A DNA stretch of 64,000 nucleotides from Felis catus (lineage: Eukaryota). The position numbers and the translations under genes are program-made. Positions within the stretch are counted from its first letter, which is position 1, and the number at the start of each line of letters is the position of its first letter. The notes under the pieces are model-generated. The model was given only the letters and a program-made list of their open reading frames with translations. It did not search any database and had not been told where the DNA came from. This document shows positions 39,987 to 53,150 of this stretch, in pieces. Where the stretch lies: the NCBI RefSeq assembly GCF_018350175.1, contig NC_058368.1:190280001-190344000 (forward strand). The letters run 5' to 3'.

Positions 39987-40319
39987 ATAATATAGTACTA
40001 TACTTAATAATAGACTGTAAACTCCTTTGAAAAGGGTACCTGGTTGGTTCACGTTGAAAGATTTACAGACTTCACAAAGTATTCTCATCTGGGAAATCAA
40101 AATATCATCAGTAACTGTTGTACTGGGTGCCTTTATTTGCCAAGTCTTCATGAAGTACAATCACAAGTAATTTTATTCTCTTTCGGATAATACCTTCAAG
40201 CCTACTCACTGGGGTTTGTCTTTGTCCTCACTTAAATGTAACCTTAAAAGGCTCAATATTTTCTCATAGCTTTCAGGAAAACATAAAAATAAATAATCCC
40301 TTTGTTTTGGTTTTAAAAA

Positions 40320-41480
40320 GTCCAATCCACAGGAGCCACTTGTCAAAGATGGAACAATTGGGTGTCAAAAAGAACAGTAATTGCGATGAATTGAAGAATA
40401 GCCAAAATGATAAAATCACGAGTTCATGAGATGCTTAAAAAAAACCCAAAAATCAACCCACTGATCACCTTTGGAGGAGTCCAGAGAACCGATTTATTAT
40501 TCTGAAAACTAGGAAACAAAGGGAAAGAATAAAACGTGTCTACTGTCTTTCTTGAAGAGCTACAGGTCAGTTTAGTGATCAAATACTTAATAAGGGAAAA
40601 TCCTTCTTTAGAAAAGAATACTAACTAACAAATGAGGAGGGAGTGACGGAATACCACCATTGTGCCATCCAAGTGACACAAAGGAGTTAGGCGGCAGTCA
40701 TCAGCGGCGGCTAAAATCATTATGTGAAAAGCCAACAGAAATATTTATAGTTTATATATCAGATTGATGATACTATAATGTACTGATGACTCTTAACCTC
40801 ACAAAAAGAGAAACAACTAGACACTATGTATTTCCTGATGTAATGAAAGAGGAAGGACACAAAACCACCTACGCAGAAGTCTCACCAAAGGGGGAAAAAA
40901 ACCAAACACAAATCTCACCAAACGTCTAGATCTAAGTCCAAGTTTGCAGGAAGTATAGGAAATAAAGGAACAGTGCAAAGGACACATAAAAATGCAATTG
41001 GATGAGTCCAGGAAACACAAAACACTGAAGACAAATGACCCTATGTCTGCAACAAATAAATCAGATAGAGAATCTGCAGATTAAAAGAGACTTTAAGAGG
41101 CATATCAAGTATGTGATGGTTTTGTTTGGATTTGGGTTCAAACAAATGTTTTGTAAAGTCATTAAGAGACAACTGGGAAATATGAACACTGACTGTGTAT
41201 TTGATGATTAATTACTAGTTTTTTTAAGGTGTGATAATGGCCCTGTTATGTTAAAGGAGTCCTTATTTTTCACAGAAACATACAGAAATAACTACTTATA
41301 AAATGCTAGAGATTTTCTTTGTTATAATTCAGGGAAGGAGGAGAAATAGGTAGGGGAAGAGATGAAAAATGTTTGTTCCCGAATTGACATTTACTGAAAC
41401 TGGGTACTGGGTAGGTGGGGGTTCTTCATTCTGTTCTCCTCATGTTGCTGCATGTTTGAAAATTTCCATAATGAGAAGTT
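40320..41480 (+). mobile_element. L1MC-like 3' region
   Basis: A-rich L1MC 3'-UTR-like sequence ending catgtttgaaaatttccataat. Confidence 0.6.
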
Positions 41481-43271
41481 AAGAAAAGGGAAAGCAAGGC
41501 CAGTCCAGTTCATTGTAATAATCAAAAGTGCAAACATGTATTCAATTTAATGCTTTTCCTCAAAACATGTTTTTCCCAAGCATGGGTCTGCTTCAAGCTT
41601 AGACCATGTTGACTCTTCCAGCATTTCCTAACTCTTCCTCTTGCCCCTCCCCTAGGCTGGCTCCGGACCCACCTGGTCAGGCTCAGGCCTGGGGGGAAGA
41701 AGGAAAAAAGTCACAGCATTCAACAAGGCTCAGCTGTAATCTGGGGTCGATGCCCTCTGCTTGTGGTGGGTACACAACTGTTCCTTTTTCTTCTGTGGGA
41801 AAGTATTGTCATGTGCTTTGTGGCTGTCATTATTTTCAGAGGGCTCTGGCAGCAGTTCTCTTGATGTGGGAGATGCCACTTGGACTGGCCAATGAGCCAA
41901 CCCTCAGGTCTTGGGCTTCACCTCCAGTGTGCCTCCTGCTCCTTCCAACTCTGTTGGGATCCCTTGGTCCATCTTGGTTGTCCTCTTGAATTTTCCATGA
42001 AAAGAGACTGCGTGCCAGTTTATTCCCTTATACGGTTCTACTGCAAGACTCAGGCACCCTTGCCGTGCAACTGATGGATACACCATTTGCCCCAAGCATT
42101 ACCCCTTCCCCCTTTTGACACCAAATAAATAGCTCCTCCACAAACTTTCACCATCACATTTCTCTAAGTACAATTTAGACACCAATCCTCATCTCTCCTA
42201 AACTCTGAGACTTGTGTCAATTTCACTGAGTAGTCCCTTAAAGTTCCATCACTTGGCTTCTGATGGACACAAGCGCCTTCTCTTCTTCCCCTTGGTGGGT
42301 TGTGAGAGGAAATGCGTGGTGTACCCAAGTCTCTTTCTCTTGACTTTTCAAGCCCTGGTTTTCTAAAGGCTGGAGGTGGGCAAATACTATTACTGGTAGA
42401 ACCCGTGTTGCTTCTTATTGTGTCACAGATGATATAGTACTTTATTTTAGGATAGGAAGGTATGTGATTCCTTGAATTATATCATTACAGGCTTTTGTGG
42501 CCTCAACTGAAACTGACTTAGAAAACCTCATTTATCACCCTATAACAAGGAAAAAACCAATTCAATCTGGCACTACTGGATCCAGGTATATAAACAATGA
42601 CATCGAAAATGTTCATTTTCATTTCTTTGTTCTATGTGGGCTTCATGCTTAGGCAGACTTTCCCTCATGGCCGCAAAATGGATGCCAGGAGTTATAGGCT
42701 GACATGCGTTACCACTGGAACTGGATTCTTTTCCCTAACCGTTCCAGCAAAACTCTCAGAACTGTGGGTCATTGACCCGGCTTGGGTGACATGCTCACAC
42801 ACATTACAGACAAGGCAGTAGAATGTTCTGTTGTCTATCTCTAGGTCTGTACTTTCTCCTGGATTTCGGGGTGGGATACAGTCAGCCCTACCCAACCACA
42901 GGAACCAAGAGCACAGTGGGGTGGCCCTCCATCGGAACACCAGAGTGTTGCCACTATGTCGATAAATGATCCGCCTTTACAGTAATGTAAGGTCCATTTG
43001 TGTTGCTTTATCATTTGAGGTCCCACAATTCTGGTCCTCTTCTCTGTTCTAGGGAATAGCCATTTAGACAAGTAAAGATGCTTCTTATGAAATCCCAGAG
43101 CTTCCTGTGTCCAGGCCAAAGAGATCCTTGGAGAACTGTATCTTAGGATGTGGCTTCTAAGCCCTTTATTTTCCTTGTGGTTCTCATCTGAACTTGGTCA
43201 AGTTTATTTATATCTCTTTAATAGTGATACCCAGAATGTTTTGGGTATTCTTTAAAAACCTCATAAGCCTT

Positions 43272-43398
43272 GGGGTGCCTGGGTGGCTTAGTTGGTTGAG
43301 CGCCTGACTCTTGATCTCAGTTCAGGTCTTGATCGCAGAGTCGTGAGTTCAAGAGCAGTGTTGGGTTCTGTGCTGGGTGTGAAGTCTACTTAAGAAAA
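43272..43398 (+). mobile_element. Short old CAN-SINE lacking (CT)n
   Basis: tRNA-like head; degenerate TSD aaaac(c/t)tcataa(g/a)cctt. Confidence 0.85.
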
Positions 43399-46244
43399 CA
43401 GTCCAAAACTTCATAAACCTTTATTCCTCCTAGAACTATCTAGAGGGGAGAAAAAGCATGAGCACATAGATAAAATGCACAAAGTATTCACTGCAGTGTT
43501 GATTGTAACAGAAACAGTCTATATGTGCATCATTGAGAAAGTGGTTAAATAATGTATGATGTATCCATTCAATGGGACACTATAAGGTCATGAAAACCAA
43601 TGAAGTATATCTGTAATGTATCATTCTAAAAAAAGTACACAATATATTGTTAATATAGAAAAGGTGCAGACCAATATGGAGGGCATAATCTTGTTTTTAC
43701 ATAAAAACTTTTGTGTTTATTGTAATGTATATGTGTATATATACATTATGAATTATACATTATGAAATATACAGTAAGAATTAGGCTCACAAACCAAGGT
43801 TTTACTGTGTGTATATATCCCCACAGGACTGTGTCAGGGAATTTACATATCAAACTTTCAGCAAACAGAATTGAAAGGGTAGAAAAATGTGTCACTTTTT
43901 AACTTATATAGTTTAAAAAACTGACACTATGGGAGAATTTGTTTTTATTCTCCAATTTACAACTAAAGATAACTAAGCCTTTTGACAGAAATTATTGGTT
44001 TGATTAGCAGAAGACAGTGATAATAGATGGTCAGGAAGCTTAGAGCTAACTTTCTGAAATGGATGTTTATTTCTGGTTGTAACAGTGAAGTATATCCTTT
44101 TTGGGAAAGGAAAACCAGCAAATACACAAAGCTAATAATTGCTTCTAGTGTCACCCCTCAGAGATAATCAATGTTAACACTGATCGTACATTTTTCCAGT
44201 ATTTTTCAAAGTTAAATTTAATATTTAATTGTAATCATCATCTTATCCCAGCTCCTGGATCAGCTATTTCTCTCTACCTCTATACAGTTTCTAATCTTTG
44301 TTTTTATCTTTAATGTTAACTGTTGTATTATTTGTGTGTATGTTTGATGGCAAGCTTCTTTGAAAGTATAATATCAAAGAAACAAATATGTAAGCTAAGG
44401 TAGGACATCTCATGGCTTATAAACAGCAAAATTGGAAGCTGAGAGGAGAATATTCATAAGTCTGTGATGAGCAGGGCAGAAATTTGGCTCAGTGTGGGGC
44501 CAAATACGTGCAGGACAGAAGAAAGGAGGAAGCAGAAAAAAGGTAGGGGGGGAAGAGAGGTGACATTAGTTGGATCATAATGCTGAGAAATAAAACTATT
44601 TAGAATGTCTGTCTGGCTTCTTTTATGCATACCATCTCATTTTCTTTTTAAACCCAAGGCAGAAGCAAACTGATTTGCATACTGGCCCTCAGGGGAAGAG
44701 TCAAGGTGGCTGTGGCCTTTTTTTGACAGCCAGAAGGTAAGACAGAGTATCAGGTTGGCTTCCTGAAGTCCTAGGTGCCTAAAGGCTAACCGCAGCTCAT
44801 CCTACGCCACCACCTCGCTTAGCAGCATTGACATAAAAGTACTGTGGATTGTATTTTAGGCCTGGGGATTTACCCGGCAGATACATATTGTGTACAGTAT
44901 GGAAATCTCCCCACCCTCACATCCTGCCCTAGCTCACAATGCCCTCTCAGGTGGCATATTCATTGAAAAGGCTATATATAGCCACTGTTTGCCCTGGTTT
45001 TCAAAATAATAGATGGGGAACGAAGGTTATTGACTTGAAACCTCTTCCCATGATAAATATGTAGATTTCAACCACCTATAATCTTGCATGTCTACCTATA
45101 CTCCGTATATCACATGCAGTGTTTTCACTCTGCATGTCTCTTCAATCTTAGGCCAATTAAAAATATATGGAAAGTTATGCTTAGAATTGTGGCTTTGGCA
45201 GTTTTTCTTGCAAAACAATTACTGTTGGTTTTAATATTGTGATGGGTGTTATTAGGTTCAGCACTCATTCAATTCATTAACTATTACCCTATCGTATGTT
45301 TAATTGCCCTCTTGTTCTGTCTTCCTTTCTACAGTGTGTTCTTCTACTGTATTGTAAGCTTTTCTGAAGTTAGGGTTCACACATGCTTCATTACCTTCCT
45401 TGTTAAGAAAAATTACCCAAAACATGTAAATAAAGAATTGTCAAGCAGGCACCTGTACTCTCAGTGCCATATTAAAGCATTGCTTAACATGCCAGCCCAA
45501 GGATTATTTGATTATCTAAGAGAAGGAAGAGAGACAATGGAATTAGACCTGTAAGTTAGGACTAAAGTATGGCTATCTATTATTTTTAACAGCTTTATTG
45601 AGATACATTTCACATACCATAAAATTCATCCATTGAGAGTATATAGTTCAGTGATTTTTAGTATAGTCAGAGTTGGTAACTATCACAATGTAATTTGAGA
45701 ACATTTTCAGTACCCTAAGAAGACTATCCATTATTGATTAAAGTCTCCGACTCTGTGAAGTTCTGTAATAACTTATAGATTTTTGTTTAGAAGAGATGCA
45801 AATGTTTTCTGTCTAGTAAAAAGATAACCCCAAAGGTTAAGATTTTATTGCCCTGTAGACATTTAACCAGTTTTGTATCTAACCTGACAATGTTCACCTG
45901 ACTTCTTTTTCCAATGCCAATGACTATTCCTCCGATTTTCCTTTGAACCAGCTTTACCATCCTGCTGGTTCCTTCACTGATGGATTAAATAAATCTTTGC
46001 TAAGTTTTCATTCTATATTTGTATGCAAGTTATGCTTAAAAATTTTTGAGACTCACTTTGTGATAACCCAAATGCTCTTAGCACAACAATGGACAATAAG
46101 TAACAATGGAATGGACAATAAGTAAATAGATCTTAAGTTACTGATCTCCATTTTCTTGATAGAGGATATGTCAGACTTTTAAAGGTTGGGAGGAGAGAAT
46201 TAAATTTTGAAAGGTCCTAAAGAAAAATAAAAAATAAACTTTGA

Positions 46245-46392
46245 GGGGTACCTGGGTGGCTCATCTCGTGGTTGAGCAATCTCATGGTCATGGGATCGAG
46301 TCCTGTGTTGGGCTCCAATCTGGGCATGAAGCCTTCTTGAGATTCTCTCTGTCCCTCTCCCTCTCCCCCTCTCTCTATCAAAAAAGAAAAAA
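46245..46392 (+). mobile_element. CAN-SINE (old, internally deleted)
   Basis: ggggtacctgggtggctca head, CT tract and A-tail; ataaa(c/t)tttg TSD. Confidence 0.8.
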
Positions 46393-46519
46393 CATAAATT
46401 TTGCGTGAGATTTTGTGCTATAGAGAGTTAACTTTTATGAAGTTATTTATTTACTTCTTTTCTAGACCAAGGCCTGAATCAATGAATATTCTAAGAATAG
46501 AGCTTTACTGACATAACAT

Positions 46520-46575
46520 TTTTTTAAGTTTATTTATTTTGAGAGAGAGACAGAGGGAGCAAGTGGGGGGGGGGA

Positions 46576-46621
<46 letters not shown>

Positions 46622-46729
46622 CAAGCAGGCTCTGCGCTGACAGTGCGGGATCTCACAAAACTGTGAGATCATACCTGAGCAGAAACCAAGAATTGGATGC
46701 TTAACTGATGGAGCCACCCCAGCCACCCC
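46520..46729 (-). mobile_element. CAN-SINE with (GA)n
   Basis: TSD ctgacataacattttt on both sides. Confidence 0.9.
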
Positions 46730-47184
46730 TGACATAACATTTTTATAAATCTATAAATCGTAAAATATTATCTATTTTTGTGTAAGTAGTATGCACAATC
46801 CATAATTTGGAAACAGAACCCAAAAGGTGTAAAAGAGAATGTCCTGAAGCACTAAGTCCCCATCCCACCATTTCCCTCAGCCAACAAGTTTTTTGCACAC
46901 CTTTGTGTGCACGTGCACACACACACACACACACACACACAACTTTTTATTCCAAAATATATGGCATACCATGTATGCTATTTTGCAACTTGCTTTTTTT
47001 CACTTACTAATAGTTATTGAAAACTGTTCGACACCAGGATACATAATAGCTGCCTCATTCAAAACATGTCTTGCAACTGCTCACTTTTCATTACTGACAC
47101 TGGTACCACACACCTCTTACCCATTGTTGTCTCTTACGGGAGCCACCCAGTCTCCACTTCTGTCCCTGGTACCTCCACAATCTC

Positions 47185-47429
47185 TTTTTTTTTTTTTTTA
47201 AATTATTTTTTTAGTGTTTATTTATTTTTGAGAGAGAGATGGAGAGAGGGAGAGAGGGAGGCAGAGCATGAGCTGGGGAGGGGCAGAGAGAGAGGGAGAC
47301 ACAGAATCTGAAACAGGCTCCAGGCTCTGATCTGTCAGCACAGAGCCCGATGCGGGCTCAAACCAGACCATGAGCTCATGACCTGAGCCAAAGTCAGATG
47401 CTTAACTGAATGAACCACCCAGGTGCCCC
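47185..47429 (-). mobile_element. CAN-SINE (SINEC_Fc2-like) inserted in L2-like sequence
   Basis: TSD acaatctctttt. Confidence 0.92.
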
Positions 47430-49693
47430 AACAATCTCTTTTCAACATGGTGGCAAGAATGACCCTCTGTATAGGAAAGTCCAATCATCTCCCAAAGACA
47501 AAGATCTCACGATGTTTTACAAGGTCTGTCCCATGCTATCTGCTCCCCTACCAACACCACGGCTGCCTCTCGGCCTCATCTCCAACCACTTTCCCCCTCC
47601 TTCTGCTCTTGTCACTGTAGCCCCCTTGGTGTTCCTCTAACACACCAGTGATACTCCTGCCTCAGAATCTTGGCCCTTGTTTTTCCCTCTGACTGAGGGG
47701 CGACTCCCCTAGAGGTCTGCATGGCTTTCTCTTTGACCTCCTTTTGGTTTTTGCTCAAATATTGCTTCACATTGAGCTTTTCTTGACCACCACCTGCAGC
47801 TCGCCTTTCCTTGCACATGCTCCCATCCCACGTGCCTACTTTATCTTTCTCCACTGCACTTATCATCAGTGGGCATACCATATATTTGACTCATTTACTG
47901 TCTTTACACAAACTCTGTGAGAACAAGGGTATTTGTCTGTGTTGTCCACTGCTGTACTGCTAGCACCTAGAACAGGGCCTGGCACAAAGTAGGCACTTAA
48001 CAATATTAACTAAATGAATGGGGGCTTCCATGCGCTTTGGATCTCTTGTGACCTTGGTGAAGCTCTTTTAACTTCTCTTTGCCTCATTTACTCCTTTATA
48101 AAACATGGAGAGTAGTAGTATCTACAATTTATAGATCTATTGTGAGGATTAAAGATTTAAAAGAATGTGAAGTGGTTAGTAACATACCTGGCTTGTAAGC
48201 TCTTAGTAATATGATTATGATTTCTTTAATTATTAACCATTCATCAGAAAAAAAACTTATGAGAACATATGGTTGAGTATAATATAGAAAATCCCAGCTT
48301 CTTATTTTTAAACCTGATATTGTCAACTTTTAGTCATTATGTCCTTAGAATAGAAGACATTTTGTGTTTTTTGTTTTTTGTTTTTGAGAAGTCATTTCAC
48401 ATCTTTAGAGAAAAACAGTTTGGCTCTTTGGAGGTAAAGACCTTTATCTTTGCATTTCCATTTTCCAGCTGGTCCCCAAATTCATATTTGCTCAATCAAT
48501 TTTGTTGAATAAACAAATAGAAGAATTAATCTCAATGACTACAAGGAAAGTAACATTTATTGGAAGGCTACAATGTATCAGGGACTGTGGTAGGCACTGG
48601 GGATACAAAAAGGATTATTTTGGGGTTGAAATTTATTTCACGACCTCCACATGGTAATCCGTGATTCTGGATGGTGCATTTTTATTTTAGAAGTAGTCTT
48701 CTAACTGGGGGAGGGGGAATTTGGATTTATCACCTGTGCAAAGTGAAAAAAAAAAAACTCTAAGAAGGCATCTTTGCCATAATTTCTCTGAAGAGATTTT
48801 CAAAGAAACAAAACATCAGTGGTTTATCAGGTAGACATCAAGAGTGAAGCAGCAAGCATACCAGTGCGGGAAACCCTATGGTGATTCAAGACCTCTATGA
48901 ATTCCTGTGGTTCCCAGTAAGTCCCCACGCATATTGCTAACCGTGAATGATTCCATATTTGGTGCAGAATGAAGTCTAATGGTGAGCCATGCTGCTTGAG
49001 GCAGAGGAAAAAGTCCTGACCTGAGTCACAAGTACTGGGATGGAATCCAGCTCTGCATTCTGACACTGAGCAAGATAATCCTGAGCCTTCATCACTGTAA
49101 AACAATGGTTTTCAAATTTCACCTCCTTCATATGAGAAAATGGGTGAGAAAAGCCTTCATACCCTGGAAACCACCGTGTAATTGGAACTCTGGTTCTAAC
49201 AGGTAGCAGTAGCCCCTTTGACCATTTACTCAGCAACTACTTTCCAGTGTCTGTCAGCACTGTGCTATGCACTGGGGACATGCAGAATGGCAATCCCAAC
49301 AAGACCCCTGCCCTTAGCAAGCACAGGGTCCACTTCCAGGATTTTATCCTTAGGACATAATTTAGCAGATGTATAACTATACTTGCAGGAAGATGATCAT
49401 TATAAGGATATCTGTAACAACAATGAAACTGGAAACCACCCAGATATTTACAAAAGCAGAATTGTTTCATAAATCACGTATCCCAATATCTTGATTAGAA
49501 AGAATATCTGGTCTACGCACATCTACATCCTGGTAGGGTCAGCCTGTCCCCTGGTGAGGTGGTGGTTAGTTTGGGGTGGGGAGTGGGGGGTGGGGGGAGA
49601 CTGGTGACCCTGCATCAAGGGGGTGACTGCTTAGAGGCTGGGACAAAGGGGTGTGTGATGAAGACAGGTCACAAAGGACTGGAGGATAAATGA

Positions 49694-50446
<753 letters not shown>

Positions 50447-51210
50447 TGAGGCAGGGGGCTTTGGCAGAGTAGCTGAAAGCTAGTCCTACAAAACCTCTGG
50501 TGCTCTCTAGAGGCTCACCTGGGAAACACATTCCACTTGAATAGGCACACAGTCAAATGAGCCACCACTACAGGACTTACCACACTGGGGGAGCTCCTGA
50601 GCGCATCTCAAAATTGTCCCATGGGGCTGACTTTCAGAGAGACCTTAGCAGCTGTTCTGGTCTCATACCCAAGGTTGTTAATTCCTTCCACAGCATCTTG
50701 ATTGTCTAATCTCTTCTTCAACACTTACCCCAACCCAGTTAGTCTCATCAGCTGTGGAACACTGTTAACAATTAGGAAGTCCTTTCTTCTGTATCCCTGT
50801 GACTACCATGTACCGATTAAAATCAGGACAACCCATGTGTGTCTGCACATGCACAATTTTAGCAGCCACTACAATGTGAAATGTGTGGATTCCTTGGCCC
50901 AGGAAACCCTACTTCTAGGCACTGTCCTGCAGAGATATAAACCCATGTATATAAAATAAAAATACATGAAGATGGGGAACTGTATGAGTGCTTCCCCTGG
51001 TGCTGGGAGTGTTGAGCAAAACCAAGCGACCATTTGACAGGGGTGCTGTAGATGGGATCTTGCATCAAGTGGGAGCATAGACTTGATAATTTTGAAGGTC
51101 TTTCCAATTATAAGCCCTTGGGTTGTTCAGTTCCAGGTTGAGAAAGAAGTAGAAAGTTCTAGTCTCACTTTGTCATCTCTCTCTTACCTGTTTCTCCTCC
51201 CCTGACACAG

Positions 51211-52395
51211 ACCCCAGAGCTCCATGGAGAAGGGGATCAGGATGAGTTTAGGCTTCACAAGCCTCATGAGGTGTCTAGAGCCACCTCTTCTGGTTACGCT
51301 GGGGGAGAGGGAATCCATCATGCCCACCACAGAATGCCTGGTTCACCTGCGGTCCTGAAGACTTCAGGGACTACTGAAGGAGCAGCATCCAGGTCAGCCA
51401 CAGGCATGGCAGTAGCAGGGACAGCAACGAGTGCTACAACAGGCTTAGCAGTGGCAGGGGCAGGAACGAGGCCTTCCTCCGGTGCTCAGAGCATATCGGC
51501 AACCAAGGCTATAGGTCCAGGCCAGGTAAACACAGTGGCCCTGGCTGGAGCCACCGCCAAATGTCTGGGAGAAAGTGGATCCAACAAGGCCATTGCAGGT
51601 GTTGTCAATATATCCTCAGAGGGTATGAACGTGGCCTTGGGAGCTGCAAGCACATCCTCGGTAGGTAATTCCACAGTAATGACAGGAACTGACAATCTCT
51701 CCTCAGCAAGCAGCATGAGTGTGGTGTTTGCAGGTGCAGTGATGACTGGCACACCTACTGGGAAAGACCCAGTAGCAGCACCCCTCGTCTCAACCTTGCA
51801 GAGTGAAGGCTACATGTGTGAACGGGATGGAAGCCAGAAGGTCTCCCAGCCCAGTGCTGACACCCGGAAGGGAAAAAAAGAAAGAAGAGAAAAGAAAGAT
51901 AGAACTTCCAGTAGGAAAAGTTCCCATCACCACAGGACAGGTGAAAGTCACCACAGGATGGGAGGGAACAAGTCGACCCAGAAATCATCCTCCCACCGGT
52001 CCTTATCCAGCCATGACAAAAGAGATGACAAAAAGGAGAAAGGGCAGAGCCATGTAAGAAAGAGAGGACACCACTCTCACAAGAGTGGCAGCTCTGTGGC
52101 AAAGGAGTCAAGGACAGCTCACAAATCGGGGAAGATAAAATCTGCAAACAGTTCAGGTACTGTAAGTAAGAAATCCAGTAAAATTGGCTCTTTCTTCAAG
52201 AGCTTGAAAGTCATTTCTGGTTCAAAAGCGGCGGCCACAACACACAATAGGGAGTTAGACTTCGTGGCTAAGACGGTAGAGAAGTGCAACATAGAGGCCA
52301 AGATAGAGAAAGCCCAGGATGGCCAGGAGGATATCTGTAGTACCCTGACATCTGAGACAATGGAGACAATAATCTTTGAAGCCAAATCCATTTAA
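51211..52395 (+). CDS. GARIN3: GARIN3/FAM71B coding exon 2 (394 codons + TAA)
   Basis: Pyrimidine tract plus acacag acceptor at 51209-51210; phase 0 and in frame with the 374-aa ORF at 51271; A/G/S/T-rich region, STLQSEGYMCERDGSQKVS motif and K/R/H/S-rich tail; spliced product is 601 aa. Confidence 0.92.
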   Translation, partial: TPELHGEGDQDEFRLHKPHEVSRATSSGYAGGEGIHHAHHRMPGSPAVLKTSGTTEGAASRSATGMAVAGTATSATTGLAVAGAGTRPSSGAQSISATKAIGPGQVNTVALAGATAKCLGESGSNKAIAGVVNISSEGMNVALGAASTSSVGNSTVMTGTDNLSSASSMSVVFAGAVMTGTPTGKDPVAAPLVSTLQSEGYMCERDGSQKVSQPSADTRKGKKERREKKDRTSSRKSSHHHRTGESHHRMGGNKSTQKSSSHRSLSSHDKRDDKKEKGQSHVRKRGHHSHKSGSSVAKESRTAHKSGKIKSANSSGTVSKKSSKIGSFFKSLKVISGSKAAATTHNRELDFVAKTVEKCNIEAKIEKAQDGQEDICSTLTSETMETIIFEAKSI

Positions 52396-52474
52396 ATAGG
52401 AGACCGGACAGGAAGCTGCAGTGGAGACCCAGCCTCGGGGAAACATCCCTAGAGAGTCAATTCCAGCTTTCTCT

Positions 52475-52480
52475 AATAAA
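52475..52480 (+). terminator. GARIN3 polyadenylation signal
   Basis: AATAAA 80 nt after the stop, with U/GU-rich tcttgtttgaatgtct about 30 nt downstream. Confidence 0.75.
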
Positions 52481-52932
52481 GGAAACCATGCAACTCCAAA
52501 AGAAATGCTATCTTGTTTGAATGTCTATATCCCCTAGCCTGGTAGTGACTTCACACTGGCTTCTGTGATGTGAACTATGCTGCAGCCTGAGACCCCAGCA
52601 TCCAGTCAAACAGAACCTGACCTCCCACCCATAACCAGCAGAGCCAAACTGAGAGCCATGCTATGCCTCAACCCCTTTCTGCCTTTGGTTTCCCCAAGAC
52701 TATGGCTACAAGTCACAGACTATGGGTTGGAAAGCATCACCACCACTATGTCCCTATGCCCTTCTTTCTCCTCCCCGCAGGTACCTGAACATGGACATTC
52801 AGTCCAGTCCATAGACTAAAGACAGAACTCTTGTCTCCTTGGGATAATTGGGAGGTAAAGGGGGATATAGCAGCATTTTTAGGTATTCAGAATGCGTATT
52901 AGGTAATCAGAATGAGAAGTTTATCATCTAGA

Positions 52933-53150
52933 TCAGGAATTGGCAGCCTGAGGGCCAAATCTTGCTAACCGCCTGGTTTTGTAAATAAAGTTTTATTGGA
53001 ACATAGCCACAGCCATTCATCTGTATATTGCCTATGGCTACTCTCTCATTAAAATGGCAGATCTGAATAGTTACAGGAGAGACCTTATGGCCCAAAAAAT
53101 CTGAAATATTTACTATCTGGCTCCTTACAGAAAAGTTTTGCCCACCCCAG
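52933..53150. mobile_element. MER58A-like MITE
   Basis: ggccaaatc...ttttgtaaataaagttttattggaaca...aaatatttactatctggc. Confidence 0.8.
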
